64,000 bases of DNA from Nanobdellota archaeon (GCA_030648285.1 JAUSIC010000011.1:1513-65512); one strand, 5' to 3'; positions 40,937 to 50,836 are shown, numbered from the stretch's first letter. Numbers and translations are program-made. The notes: a model not told the origin generated them from the letters alone.

Positions 40937-42040
40937 TTATTGAAGAAAATCAATTCCTAACTCTTCCTCAATTTCCCTATGCTTTAAATCTTCTATATTT
41001 TCTTTATGTCCTAAAATCTGAGAACTATTAACTCCTGTAACAACTAGAAGAACACGGATTGTTTTTTCCATGTCATCTGAAATCTGCGCTCCCCAGATTA
41101 ATCTCGCATCTGGATTTAATTTTTTGTTGACTGTTTCAATGACTGTCTTGCATTCATCGAGAGACATATCTTGTCCTCCTATTATATTTACCAAAGCACC
41201 TGTCGCGTTTGAAATGTCTACATCAAGGAGAGGATTATTTATTGCTTTCTCAACTGCTTCTGTTGCTCTCTGCTGTCCATCAGATTCGCCCATTCCAATT
41301 AGCGAAACTCCTCCATCTACCATTACTGTTCTTACATCTGCAAAATCAAGATTTACTAATCCTGTTGTTGTAACTAGTTCTGTAATTCCTTTTACTGCAT
41401 TTGTCAAGATTTCGTCTGCAATCTTGAATGCAGTATGCAATGGCAATTCTGGAGCAAGTTCAAGAAGCTTGTCATTTGGAATAACAATAAGAGTATCTAC
41501 TACAGATTCCATTTTTTCCAAACCATTCATTGCATTTTCAACTCTTTTCTTTCCTTCAATAGTAAATGGAAGGGTCACAATCCCTATTGTCAATGCACCC
41601 TGCTTTTTTGATAATGAAGCAATCACAGGAGCAGCACCTGTTCCTGTTCCTCCTCCTAACCCACAAGTTATGAAAATCATATCGCTTCCTGATATTTTCT
41701 TTTTAATTTCTGATTCTGATTCTCTTGCTGCTTCTTCTCCTATTTTTGGATTGCTTCCTGCACCTAAACCATGGGTGAGTTCTTTTCCAATCAGGATTTT
41801 TTGGTCTGCATTTGTATATAACAGATCCTGAGCATCTGTATTAATTGCTATGAGTTCTCCTCCTTTGATTCCTATTTCTCTCATTCTGCTAAGAGAATTT
41901 CCTCCTCCACCTCCAACACCGATTACTTTTATTTTTGTGTTTTGCTTTTTTAATATCTCTTCAAGCTCTCTGTCAACAATAAGAACTTCTTCAGATATGC
42001 CAGAATTCATACCTTCTTTTTTTCCAAAAACATCAGCCAT
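40937..42040 (-). CDS. ftsZ: cell division GTPase FtsZ
   Basis: GGGTGTG tubulin signature in GLGGGTGTGAAPVIA. Confidence 0.95.
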   Translation of the reverse strand: MADVFGKKEGMNSGISEEVLIVDRELEEILKKQNTKIKVIGVGGGGGNSLSRMREIGIKGGELIAINTDAQDLLYTNADQKILIGKELTHGLGAGSNPKIGEEAARESESEIKKKISGSDMIFITCGLGGGTGTGAAPVIASLSKKQGALTIGIVTLPFTIEGKKRVENAMNGLEKMESVVDTLIVIPNDKLLELAPELPLHTAFKIADEILTNAVKGITELVTTTGLVNLDFADVRTVMVDGGVSLIGMGESDGQQRATEAVEKAINNPLLDVDISNATGALVNIIGGQDMSLDECKTVIETVNKKLNPDARLIWGAQISDDMEKTIRVLLVVTGVNSSQILGHKENIEDLKHREIEEELGIDFLQ

Positions 42041-42092
42041 AAGTAAAGAAATAGTGAATTATTTATAAGGATTATTGTAGTAAAAAAAGGAG

Positions 42093-42773
42093 TTATTCAT
42101 GATTATGGACATGTTCTATAAGCTCTTTAAGTTCAACCTCTTTGATTTCTAACTCTAAGCCAAATAGATCCTTAAATTTTTCGCTAAAAAGCTTGACAAA
42201 ATCAACTGCTGGCTTTTCAACTTCCAAGATTATTTTGTTATCTTTAATTTCAAACTTTAAATCTCTCTTGAAAAGAAATTCTATGAAAGACTTCACTTTT
42301 TCAGCTAATTTATCAATTTTTCTTAAAATCCTTATTTTGTAAACAACATCTTTTCCTGCTAAAGGATTATTGAAATCAACCATTACTCTTCCTCCTGATA
42401 CTGCAAGAACTTTCGCAATTTTTCCGTCAAAGTTGAACATTGCTCCAATAGAAGGATTTAATTTACTTTGGATAAAAATCTTCAAGGGTATCATTTGTAT
42501 TAACTTTGTATCTCTTTTTCCAAATGCATTTTCAGGAGAAAGCGCTATTTCATATGTTTCAGGTGTATCTGGTTTTCCGATGAGAAAATCATCAATTGCC
42601 TGAAGAAACATTCCCTCACCAAGGCAAAAAACGAACGGTTTTGTTTCAATAGGGTGTGTATGCCCTTCATGCAATTTAGCAACATCTTCTCTTATGTTTG
42701 AATCAAATATCTCTCCATCTTTGATTTTTCCTGTAAATTCTATTTCAACAAAATCTTTTTTTTCCAAAGACAT
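42093..42773 (-). CDS. FKBP-type peptidyl-prolyl isomerase (long archaeal SlyD/FKBP type)
   Basis: N-terminal DFVEIEFTGKIKDGEIFDSN FKBP core, an IF-like insert and a C-terminal domain. Confidence 0.75.
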   Translation of the reverse strand: MSLEKKDFVEIEFTGKIKDGEIFDSNIREDVAKLHEGHTHPIETKPFVFCLGEGMFLQAIDDFLIGKPDTPETYEIALSPENAFGKRDTKLIQMIPLKIFIQSKLNPSIGAMFNFDGKIAKVLAVSGGRVMVDFNNPLAGKDVVYKIRILRKIDKLAEKVKSFIEFLFKRDLKFEIKDNKIILEVEKPAVDFVKLFSEKFKDLFGLELEIKEVELKELIEHVHNHE

Positions 42774-42824
42774 TTTATTCCTTGAGCAAAAACGTTTATA
42801 AATATATTTTTTCTAGGTTGTTAT

Positions 42825-43214
42825 ATGGTTTTAAAGATTATCAATGCAACAGAGGCAAAAGTAGGGACTAATATTATAGTTGATGGCGAGGCATATACTG
42901 TCAGAAAAGTTGATATAAGCAAGACAGGAAAACATGGACATTCTAAATGTAGGATAGAAGCTATTGGGATTATTGATGATAACAAAAAAAAGATTCTGGT
43001 TCTTCCTGGACATGAAAGAGTAGAAGTTCCAATGATTGACAAGAGAAAAGGACAAGTATTGTCTGTAGGAGACAGGGTAAGTATTATGGACATGGAAAGC
43101 TTTGAAACACTTGAAGTTGATTGCCCTGAAGATATAAAACAACAATTAACAGGCGAAGCAAATGTAGAATATTGGGACATTGAAGGGAAAAAGATAATCA
43201 AACGTAAGGTATAA
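42825..43214 (+). CDS. eif5a: translation initiation factor 5A (aIF-5A)
   Basis: Hypusine-loop motif SKTGKHGHSK. Confidence 0.85.
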   Translation: MVLKIINATEAKVGTNIIVDGEAYTVRKVDISKTGKHGHSKCRIEAIGIIDDNKKKILVLPGHERVEVPMIDKRKGQVLSVGDRVSIMDMESFETLEVDCPEDIKQQLTGEANVEYWDIEGKKIIKRKV

Positions 43215-43261
43215 AGATTATCAGCAAGGTTTAAAAATCATTTTCATCTCTTCTTATAATC

Positions 43262-43483
43262 ATGACAAACCTATATGAACCAAGAAAAAATGTTTATATA
43301 ATCCAGAGAAAAGGAAAGGTAGAAAAAATTGTTGGAGAGAGAGAAGATTTGCCCTTTATGACAGGAGTTGCTAGATTAACAACACAACCAACAAATTCAG
43401 ATATAATGGATTCTATCAAAGAACTTTCAGAGATTAGTGGGAAGATTGCGAGAAAGAAATCAGAGGTGCCTTACAGTGGCTAA
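43262..43483 (+). CDS. hypothetical protein
   Basis: 73-aa ORF. Confidence 0.3.
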   Translation: MTNLYEPRKNVYIIQRKGKVEKIVGEREDLPFMTGVARLTTQPTNSDIMDSIKELSEISGKIARKKSEVPYSG

Positions 43484-43637
43484 GATATTAGAAGCAACAA
43501 ACAGATTATTCAAGAATGTTTTTGTATGCAAGAAATGCAAGCTTAAAGTCAGAGCAGATCCTCAAAAAATATTGGCTGGAAAAGTTAAATGCAGAAAATG
43601 CAGGAGAAATGCTTTCAGGCCGCTTCGTAAAAAATAA
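43476..43637 (+). CDS. rpl40e: ribosomal protein L40e
   Basis: From GTG 43476: VAKILEATNRLFKNVFVCKKCKLKVRADPQ...CRKCRRNAFRPLRKK, a C4 zinc ribbon typical of L40e. The longer ATG 43437 form would overlap the upstream ORF. Confidence 0.55.
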   Translation: MAKILEATNRLFKNVFVCKKCKLKVRADPQKILAGKVKCRKCRRNAFRPLRKK

Positions 43638-43683
43638 ACAAAAAAGAGAATGAAAAACAGACAAGCTGTTTTAAAGGAGATAA

Positions 43684-45120
43684 ATGAACTTCATAGTATA
43701 TGATATAGCATTATTGGTAATTTTTGCCATAGTTGTTGCAATATTTCTTATAAGGAACAAGAAAAAATTAAAGAGAGAAGGATTATTATTTCTTTACAAG
43801 GCTGATTGGGGAATAAAACTTATCAATAGAATTGGAAAAAAGCATGAGAAAGCTCTTCGTGTTTTGAGTTATGTTTCTATTGCGATTGGATTCTTGTTGA
43901 TGGCTGGAATTTTTTATCTGTTCGGAAGAATTTTGTGGATTTACATTTTTAATCCAGCTGTTGTCAAAGCAATAAAAATTCCTCCTATATTGCCCTTGTT
44001 TCCTTACCTGCCTCAGGTTTTCAAGTTAGATTTTCTTCCTCCTTTTTATTTTATATATTGGATAATAGTAATCGCAATAGTTGCAATAACTCATGAATTT
44101 TCACATGGAATTTTTGCTGCATATAACAAGGTAAAAATAAAGAAAACCGGATTTGGGTTTTTTCCATTCTTTCTTCCTGTATTTTTGGCTGCTTTTGTAG
44201 AATTAGATGAAAAGATAATGGCTACAAAAGAAAAAATAAAGCAGATGGCTATACTTTCTGCAGGAGCATTCGCAAATGTCATTACTGCAGTATTATTTTT
44301 CTTCCTATTATGGGGGTTTTTTGTAGCCTCATTTACCCCCGCAGGAGTTAGTTTTGATATTTATTCTTATTCACCAGTAATCATGTCTCAGATTAAATCA
44401 ATAGACAATATTACTTTTGCAATGGTTCCTAACCAGCAGGATTTATTAAATTCTGTGAATCCAAATGGAACAAGTGTAATTAAAACTGTAAATAATCAAT
44501 ATGTGGTTACTAAAGATTTCTTAGAGCAGCAAAAGAATACTGTGAATTATATTCTTCTTTATAATAATCTGCCTGCAATTAATGCGGGGTTAACAGGAGC
44601 AATCTCAAAGATAAACGGAGTTTCAATTGACAGCAGAGAAAAACTTTCCAGTGAAATTTCCAAATATTCTCCTGGAAATGTAGTAACCATAGAAACAAAA
44701 TCTGTGGAAGGAGATAAAACCTATAAAATAACTCTTGGAGAAAATCCAGAAGATAAAACAAAGCCTTTGATTGGAATCGGATTCATGAACCAGCCTGATA
44801 CAGGGATAATGGGCAAGATTTCAAATCTGATTTATTCAATGAAAAAGCCTAATGTTTATTATGAACCTAAGTTTGGTGCTGCATCATTCATAAATGATTT
44901 ATTATGGTGGCTTGTCTTGATTAGTTTCAGTGTTGCATTAGTGAACATGCTTCCTGTTGGAATTTTTGATGGGGGAAGATTCTTGTTCTTGGCTGTTTGG
45001 GGAATAACAAAAGACAGAAATAAAGCAGAAAAAACTTTCAAGTTCTTGACTTATCTAATATTGCTTTTTGTTTTAGTTCTTATGATCTTCTGGGGAATTG
45101 GGGTTTTTGGAAAGGCTTAA
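43684..45120 (+). CDS. site-2 protease (M50 family zinc metalloprotease) with PDZ-like insert
   Basis: HEFSHGIFA (HExxH) in a TM helix, and NMLPVGIFDGGRF (LDG motif). Confidence 0.8.
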   Translation: MNFIVYDIALLVIFAIVVAIFLIRNKKKLKREGLLFLYKADWGIKLINRIGKKHEKALRVLSYVSIAIGFLLMAGIFYLFGRILWIYIFNPAVVKAIKIPPILPLFPYLPQVFKLDFLPPFYFIYWIIVIAIVAITHEFSHGIFAAYNKVKIKKTGFGFFPFFLPVFLAAFVELDEKIMATKEKIKQMAILSAGAFANVITAVLFFFLLWGFFVASFTPAGVSFDIYSYSPVIMSQIKSIDNITFAMVPNQQDLLNSVNPNGTSVIKTVNNQYVVTKDFLEQQKNTVNYILLYNNLPAINAGLTGAISKINGVSIDSREKLSSEISKYSPGNVVTIETKSVEGDKTYKITLGENPEDKTKPLIGIGFMNQPDTGIMGKISNLIYSMKKPNVYYEPKFGAASFINDLLWWLVLISFSVALVNMLPVGIFDGGRFLFLAVWGITKDRNKAEKTFKFLTYLILLFVLVLMIFWGIGVFGKA

Positions 45121-45144
45121 AACTCTTTTAAATTTTAGATTTCT

Positions 45145-46155
45145 ATGCTTCCTGAAAAAATAAAGAAAACATTAGAAAAACAGCATTATGAAATTGCTGG
45201 GAAGAATGAACATTCTGCTGTTCAAATTTGCAGATGGACAAAGAATTCTTTGAATGGAAAAGGCGGATGCTGGAAAGAAAAATTTTATGGAATTGATAGT
45301 GGAAGATGCTGTCAAATGTCTCCTGCTGTAATGTGGTGTGAGAATAAATGCCTGCATTGCTGGCGTCCTATTGAAATGAATTTAGGAATTAATATTGGAA
45401 AAGTTGATGAGCCAAAAGAAATAATTGATGAAATAATAAAAGCAAGAAAAAAATTAATGGTTGGTTTTGGAGGAGATGAAAATATTTCCAAGAAAAGATA
45501 TAAGGAAGCATTAGAACCGAATTTATTCACATTTTCTCTTTCAGGAGAAGCAACTCTTTATCCAAAACTTGATGGATTAATAAAAGAAATAAGAAAAAGA
45601 AAGGCAATTTCATTCTTAGTTACTAACGGGCAAAATCCAGATGTAATAAAGAAACTTGAAAAAAATAATGCTCTCCCCACTCAGCTGACAATTTCAATGA
45701 ATGCTCCTAACAAAGAACTTTTCAAGAAATGGCACAACTCAGTAAGAAAAGATGCTTGGGAAAGATTCAATGAAACTTTGAAATTAATGAAGAAACTAAA
45801 AGGAAAAACAAGAAGAGTCGTGAGATTAACTTTAGTGAGACAGGGGGATGACACAGAGAAACTTAAAGAACTAAACAACATGAAACAAGAACATGTTGAA
45901 GAATACAAAAAATTAATTCTTATTGCAGAACCTGATTTTATTCACGTGAAAGGTTTCAAGTCTTTAGGTTATTCAAGAGAGAGAATGGGTTATTCAAAGC
46001 AACCATTCTACGAAGAAGTTAGAGATTTTGCTAAAAAACTTCTTGAAGAATTAAAATCAAAAGGATACAAGAAACTTGCAGAAGATGAAAGAAGTTGCGT
46101 TGTGTTGTTAGGGAAAGATAAGAAGATGATGAAGATTAAGAAGGGGGAGATTTAA
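45145..46155 (+). CDS. taw1: tRNA wyosine biosynthesis radical-SAM enzyme TYW1/Taw1
   Basis: HSAVQICRWTKNSLNGKGGCWKEKFYGIDSGRCCQMSPAVMWCENKCLHCWRP closely follows the TYW1 N-terminal and radical-SAM cluster pattern. Confidence 0.8.
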   Translation: MLPEKIKKTLEKQHYEIAGKNEHSAVQICRWTKNSLNGKGGCWKEKFYGIDSGRCCQMSPAVMWCENKCLHCWRPIEMNLGINIGKVDEPKEIIDEIIKARKKLMVGFGGDENISKKRYKEALEPNLFTFSLSGEATLYPKLDGLIKEIRKRKAISFLVTNGQNPDVIKKLEKNNALPTQLTISMNAPNKELFKKWHNSVRKDAWERFNETLKLMKKLKGKTRRVVRLTLVRQGDDTEKLKELNNMKQEHVEEYKKLILIAEPDFIHVKGFKSLGYSRERMGYSKQPFYEEVRDFAKKLLEELKSKGYKKLAEDERSCVVLLGKDKKMMKIKKGEI

Positions 46156-47140
46156 TTACAAATTTTTCTTTTAATTGATAACTATTACTCCACTTTGTAT
46201 AAGCATTCCAACCTTGTAAAATTTCCACAAATTTTTCTTTTGATATTTTATTATCATTAAATTCTTTTATCTTTAAATTCATTTTCTTTATATTTCTCTT
46301 TCTCAAAAGTCGAAAATGGTAAAAATTTCTAAAACCAACAAAATCAACCCCTCTTGAAAGAGAAATTATCTTAGATTTTTCCTTATGTAGTTCAATTTTT
46401 AAATTTTCTTCTAGAAATTTATCAATCCGTAATTTCCAAATTTCAAGTTGCTCTCTTGAACCATGAAGTATTATAAAATCGTCAACATATCTTATATAAT
46501 GTTCTATTTTTAATCTATGTTTGATAAAATAATCCAATTCGTTTAAATAAACATTTGCAAAGAATTGTGAAGTTAAATTTCCGAGGGGCATTCCCGTGTC
46601 TTTATTAAAATTGTCAAGGATTAATCTGATTAAATGTGTAGTCTTTATGCATTTAATCTTTTCTTGGATTATTCTTATCAAAACCTCTCTATTCATCTCT
46701 TGAAAATAATGTTTAATATCTGCTTTTAGGCAAAATGCTTCCTTTCTTAGATTGCAAGTAACTTTTCTTTTAAATCTATCAAATCTTTTTATTGCAAACA
46801 GAGTTCCTTTTCCTATTCTATTTGCACAAGAGTCATAAATAAATATTTTATCAAAAATTGGTTCAATAATTCTTATTAAGGCATGATGAACAATTCTATC
46901 CCTGAATGCAGATTTTGAAATTTTTCTTGTTTTTGGGTCTCGCAGAATAAATGTTTTTAATGGTGCTGGTTTATATGTCTGATTTTTTAATTCATTATTC
47001 AAAGTTTTTAGATTGCTGATAAGATTTTCTTCAAATCTTTTTACATAATCTTTCTTTGTTTTTCCTTTTTTTGCTTTTTTATAAGCAAGAAACAAATTTT
47101 TCATAGAAATAATTTCATCATAGAGATTATCTGTATTCAT
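46136..47140 (-). CDS. diversity-generating retroelement (DGR) reverse transcriptase
   Basis: RT motifs: N-terminal DRIVHHAL, GMPLGNLTSQFFANVYLNELD (the GxxxSQ variant characteristic of DGR RTs) and YVDDFIIL. It has no maturase or endonuclease domain. It is adjacent to the TR. Confidence 0.8.
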   Translation of the reverse strand: MNTDNLYDEIISMKNLFLAYKKAKKGKTKKDYVKRFEENLISNLKTLNNELKNQTYKPAPLKTFILRDPKTRKISKSAFRDRIVHHALIRIIEPIFDKIFIYDSCANRIGKGTLFAIKRFDRFKRKVTCNLRKEAFCLKADIKHYFQEMNREVLIRIIQEKIKCIKTTHLIRLILDNFNKDTGMPLGNLTSQFFANVYLNELDYFIKHRLKIEHYIRYVDDFIILHGSREQLEIWKLRIDKFLEENLKIELHKEKSKIISLSRGVDFVGFRNFYHFRLLRKRNIKKMNLKIKEFNDNKISKEKFVEILQGWNAYTKWSNSYQLKEKFVIKSPPS

Positions 47141-47167
47141 AGTAATTATTCCTGTCCTGAAAATAGA

Positions 47168-47252
47168 CTATTCCGAGACTAGAATTCCTGTTATGAGGAT
47201 TCCTGTTGCAATTGAGATTAGCCCTGTCAGAGTTGGCATTGAACCTGGCAAC
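47168..47252 (-). repeat. DGR template repeat (TR)
   Basis: 85-bp near-copy of 47503-47587. At 12 of the 13 mismatches this copy has A on the RT-coding (minus) strand. Confidence 0.75.
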
Positions 47253-47481
47253 TTGTAGCCAATGTTATCAATTAGGAGATAATAATCTCTTCACTGAAAT
47301 TTCTCGCGAGAAATTTCTGTATTTCATAACTTAAAATAAATCTAAATGATGTGCTAATAAATTGGCGTGTAGTCCATATTTTGTAATTCTTGCTCAAGGA
47401 AAAACAAAATTTCAGGACAGAAAGAATAATAAAGAGATCTTTAAAGAATTTAGTTTTTTAATTTATTTAGCGAGCAATACC

Positions 47482-48099
47482 TTACTCGTGTCTGGTGGCA
47501 CGTACTCCGAGACCAGAATACCAGTAATGAGGATTCCTGCCACAATTGAGATTAGCCCTGTCAGAGCCGGCATAGAACCAGGCAACTGAATCTGCTCTCG
47601 GATACCAATAATATAAATTTCCTTCTCTGACATCTTTTCTTGGAAGTCCTTGAGATGTTGGATTATTAACCCAAGATTCTAAATCTATTCTTCTGTCATT
47701 CATTAGGGTGTTTCCGTCTAATTTTTCTGTTCTTGCCTTATTTTCTGTAAGCATATACAAACCATCTTGTCTTTTTTCGAAAAATGCATCAAACCATTCT
47801 GCTCTCCAAGGCTCTCTGACCCCGGTAATATCTTCATAAATTTCTGGATGATTATTCTTAATCTCTTTTAGAAATTCAACAAACTTCAAAGGAGTTTGCA
47901 TACTTAATCCTTGTTTTCTTAATTCTTTTTGAGTTTCGAACCAATTTTTTTCCTGTAATGTTCTTTGTTTTGCAACCCAGAGATTTGCTGATGGAACATA
48001 AACTGAATCATTTGATGTTTTTTGTCTCAAAGTATAAGAAACTCCTAATTGTTCAAGTCCTTTCAGTGTTTTTTCACTTACTTCTATCAAAGGTGCCAT
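47482..48099 (-). CDS. DGR target (variable) protein
   Basis: The VR encodes the Tyr/Trp/Ser/Asn-rich C-terminal stretch YYWYPRADSVAWFYAGSDRANLNCGRNPHYWYSGLGVRA. Confidence 0.7.
   Translation of the reverse strand: MAPLIEVSEKTLKGLEQLGVSYTLRQKTSNDSVYVPSANLWVAKQRTLQEKNWFETQKELRKQGLSMQTPLKFVEFLKEIKNNHPEIYEDITGVREPWRAEWFDAFFEKRQDGLYMLTENKARTEKLDGNTLMNDRRIDLESWVNNPTSQGLPRKDVREGNLYYWYPRADSVAWFYAGSDRANLNCGRNPHYWYSGLGVRATRHE
47503..47587 (-). repeat. DGR variable repeat (VR) at the 3' end of the target gene
   Basis: Lies inside the C-terminal 30 codons of ORF 47482-48099. It differs from the TR almost only at TR adenines. Confidence 0.75.
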
Positions 48100-48143
48100 G
48101 AATTTTCAATAAATTCTGCGTTTTTAAAGATTTCTATATATTT

Positions 48144-48527
48144 TTACAAATCAATAACTCCGTCTCTTGTTAATGCTGCAAAACGAATTCCTGCAGGAAG
48201 ATTAAGAAGAGCAGAAATCAGAGCCATGTGTTCTTTTCCATCTCCACTCGCAATGCTAAGAGCAACTTCTGTTCCATTAATTTTTCCTTTTAACTTTTGC
48301 TGAAAATCTTCTTTCAAGTCTTTTATTCTTTTGCTCAAATCAACTTTAATGAATTCAAACTTTTTTTGATGTTGAAATTCTTTTGCGAAATCATCGCCAA
48401 AAAGAATTATTTTTTCCCAATCGCCCTGTGTCATTAATCCGGATACTTGTGCCCATGTTCCTTTTCCTGATGATAATAATGCAACGAGTTCCATTTTAAA
48501 GAGATCCTGACGCAGAACGTCCATCAC
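48144..48527 (-). CDS. hypothetical protein
   Basis: 127-aa ORF. It overlaps the next ORF in another frame, so these may be one frameshifted gene. Confidence 0.3.
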   Translation of the reverse strand: MMDVLRQDLFKMELVALLSSGKGTWAQVSGLMTQGDWEKIILFGDDFAKEFQHQKKFEFIKVDLSKRIKDLKEDFQQKLKGKINGTEVALSIASGDGKEHMALISALLNLPAGIRFAALTRDGVIDL

Positions 48528-48777
48528 AATCAGGACAATAAGGATTTAGATATTTTAATTTGGTTGGAGCTTGACACATTGAACAACGTTTAGCAAAACC
48601 ATTCAAGAGTAATGCAAAATCATCCCCCAGAGTATTTCCACCAAATCTTGATTCTGAATATCTAAGAGGCCTATAAGAAAACATTTCTCTTGCTTCTTCT
48701 TTAGTCAAAGGAGAGATAACAGTAGTAACCTCTATTCCATTAAGAGTTACTTTTTTTGTCTTATCTTCAAGTCCCAT
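48496..48777 (-). CDS. hypothetical Zn-ribbon protein
   Basis: C-terminal CSMCQ...CPDCDG. Confidence 0.3.
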   Translation of the reverse strand: MGLEDKTKKVTLNGIEVTTVISPLTKEEAREMFSYRPLRYSESRFGGNTLGDDFALLLNGFAKRCSMCQAPTKLKYLNPYCPDCDGRSASGSL

Positions 48778-49080
48778 ATTAAAGAAAAATGAATTTTGTT
48801 TTTAAGGATTATTGTGATAATTTGTCTGCTTACGCAGGATTGATAATATGATAATTTAGAAACGCTTACTCCCGACTTCACCCATATGTTTGGGCGAGAA
48901 GCTGAAATCGCTCGGTTTAAGTTGCTCAAACGTGTCAATGAACACAATATAGATTAACCCTTCTTTTTCCCCAACCAAATAATTTATAAATCTCCTTTTT
49001 CTCTCAAAATTACGCAATTAACTACTTCGATGCAAGATAGGTTCTATGCTTGCGACGTATAAAGTAGAAGCGAACAATTA

Positions 49081-49142
49081 ACGAAAATGACAGAAAATAA
49101 GAAATTTTCAGCACAAATACAAAACCAAGGAGGTTTTGCATA
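49081..49142 (+). promoter_or_regulatory. conserved upstream leader module (representative copy; others end at 22300, 25694, 35574, 52757 and 63850)
   Basis: Consensus AATGACAGAA..TAA...TTCAGCACAAATACAAAA-N8-GAGGTATTTTGCATAATG ending at the start codon. Confidence 0.5.
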
Positions 49143-49775
49143 ATGGCAGAACTTAAAGAAGACTTAGAAAAAGCTTTGATTGAATTAAGAAAAAATATCA
49201 AAGAAAGAAAATTCAACCAGTCAGTAGACTTGATTATAAATCTGAGAAAATTTGACCCAAAAAGAAATTCATTGAATCTCTTTGTTCAAGTTCCTTTTAA
49301 AATAAAAGACAAAAAAATAGCTGCTTTTCTTGAATCAAAAAACAAGAATGTTGAAACAATTTCAGCAGAAGAGTTCAGAAAATATTCAGACAAAAAAGAA
49401 GTTGATAAGCTCGTAAAAGAATTTGACTTTTTTATCAGCCAGGCAAGTTTAATGCCAAAAGTTGCTGCAACATTCGGTAGAGTTTTGGGTCCTGCGGGAA
49501 AAATGCCTTCACCACAATTAGGAATAATAATGAATGCTGATGAGAAAATAATAAATGAAATCAAAACAAAAATAAACAACAGCGTAAAAATAAGGACAAA
49601 AGAGCCAAGCATAAAAGTCTTAATTGGAAAACAAAACATGAAAGACGAAGAAATTGTTGAAAACATTCTTACTGTTTATAATTCTGCTTTGAAAAATCTT
49701 CCAAAAGGAAAAGAAAATATAAAAAATATTGAAATAAAATTCACAATGAGTAAACCTCAGAAGGTGAGAATATGA
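49143..49775 (+). CDS. rpl1: ribosomal protein L1
   Basis: L1 family sequence; the conserved leader ends at its ATG. Confidence 0.9.
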   Translation: MAELKEDLEKALIELRKNIKERKFNQSVDLIINLRKFDPKRNSLNLFVQVPFKIKDKKIAAFLESKNKNVETISAEEFRKYSDKKEVDKLVKEFDFFISQASLMPKVAATFGRVLGPAGKMPSPQLGIIMNADEKIINEIKTKINNSVKIRTKEPSIKVLIGKQNMKDEEIVENILTVYNSALKNLPKGKENIKNIEIKFTMSKPQKVRI

Positions 49776-50575
49776 AAACGCAAAATCCTGTATCAGACGA
49801 GAAGAAAGAAGTTGTAAAAGACTTAGTTAACTTAATAAAAGGAAACAAGACAATCTTGGTAGTATCTATCAAAGATATTCCTGCTTCACAATTCCAGGAA
49901 ATTGGAAAAAAATTAAGAGGAAAAGCAGAAGTTCGTGTTCCTAAAAAAAGCATGATACTAAGAGCAATTGAATCTTCTGGAAATGAAGAACTAAAGAAAC
50001 TTGAAAGTTCAATAAAAGAAAGCACTGCAGTTTTATTCTCAAACACAGATTCATTTGAATTGGCTTCTGAATTAATAGAAGGAAAAAGAGCAGCAAAAGC
50101 AAAACCAGGACAAGAAGCTCCTGAAGACATTGAAGTTCCTGCTGGACCTACTGAAATGATGGCTGGACCTGCTGTAAGTGAATTCGGAGGATTAGGAATA
50201 AAGATTCAGATTGAAGGTGGAAAAATAGTTGTCAGAGAAGCAAAAATAATCGCGAAGAAAGGAGACAAGGTTACTCAAAAAGCAGCAGACATGATGTCAA
50301 AGATGGATATAAAACCATTTTCAATTGGATTAATTCCCTTAGCAGCATTCGATACAAAAGAAGGAAAATTATACTTGAATATAAAGATAAACAGAGAAGA
50401 AACATTAAGAAATTTGAAAGAATTGTTTGCAAAATCATTGGGCTTTGCAGTAAAGATAACTTATGTATGTCCTGACACAATAAAATTCATATTAGGAAAA
50501 GCAGGAAGACAAGAAAAAATTATTGAAAATTTAATGAGTAATCACACTCCTCAAATAAATGAGGGAGGAAACTAA
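49772..50575 (+). CDS. rpl10: ribosomal protein L10 (P0), short form
   Basis: Position after L1 and N-terminal domain similarity. Lacks the usual acidic tail. Confidence 0.8.
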   Translation: MKTQNPVSDEKKEVVKDLVNLIKGNKTILVVSIKDIPASQFQEIGKKLRGKAEVRVPKKSMILRAIESSGNEELKKLESSIKESTAVLFSNTDSFELASELIEGKRAAKAKPGQEAPEDIEVPAGPTEMMAGPAVSEFGGLGIKIQIEGGKIVVREAKIIAKKGDKVTQKAADMMSKMDIKPFSIGLIPLAAFDTKEGKLYLNIKINREETLRNLKELFAKSLGFAVKITYVCPDTIKFILGKAGRQEKIIENLMSNHTPQINEGGN

Positions 50576-50577
50576 AG

Positions 50578-50835
50578 ATGGGAAAAATAATGCCCTTGTA
50601 TAGCTCACAGAGAGCAGAAGAAGAATTAGCTAGATTAGAATTTGAAAGAGCGAGTATGGAAAACTCAGAATATTTTGTAACATGGGTTGCTTCTACTCTT
50701 GGATTGTCTTCTGAACAAGAACAAAAAGCTAGAGAGATAATTGGAATGCCCAAGGGGAGATTTGATGAGATTCAAAGGAGAATAAGAATAATGGAACAAT
50801 ATACTCAACCAACAATGTTGGGAGGAAATAAATAA
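50578..50835 (+). CDS. hypothetical small protein inserted between L10 and L12
   Basis: 85-aa ORF in a different frame from L10, with coding-like composition. Confidence 0.3.
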   Translation: MGKIMPLYSSQRAEEELARLEFERASMENSEYFVTWVASTLGLSSEQEQKAREIIGMPKGRFDEIQRRIRIMEQYTQPTMLGGNK

Positions 50836-50836
50836 A

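Noticed and set aside
47362-47589. 75-aa + strand ORF overlapping the DGR VR.
   Set aside because: It is antisense to the DGR target gene and spans the non-coding VR-TR spacer. There are no supporting motifs.
50578-50835. The 85-aa ORF as the frameshifted acidic tail of L10/P0.
   Set aside because: Its sequence has no resemblance to the Ala/Glu-rich P0/P1 tail consensus. It is kept as a separate hypothetical ORF.
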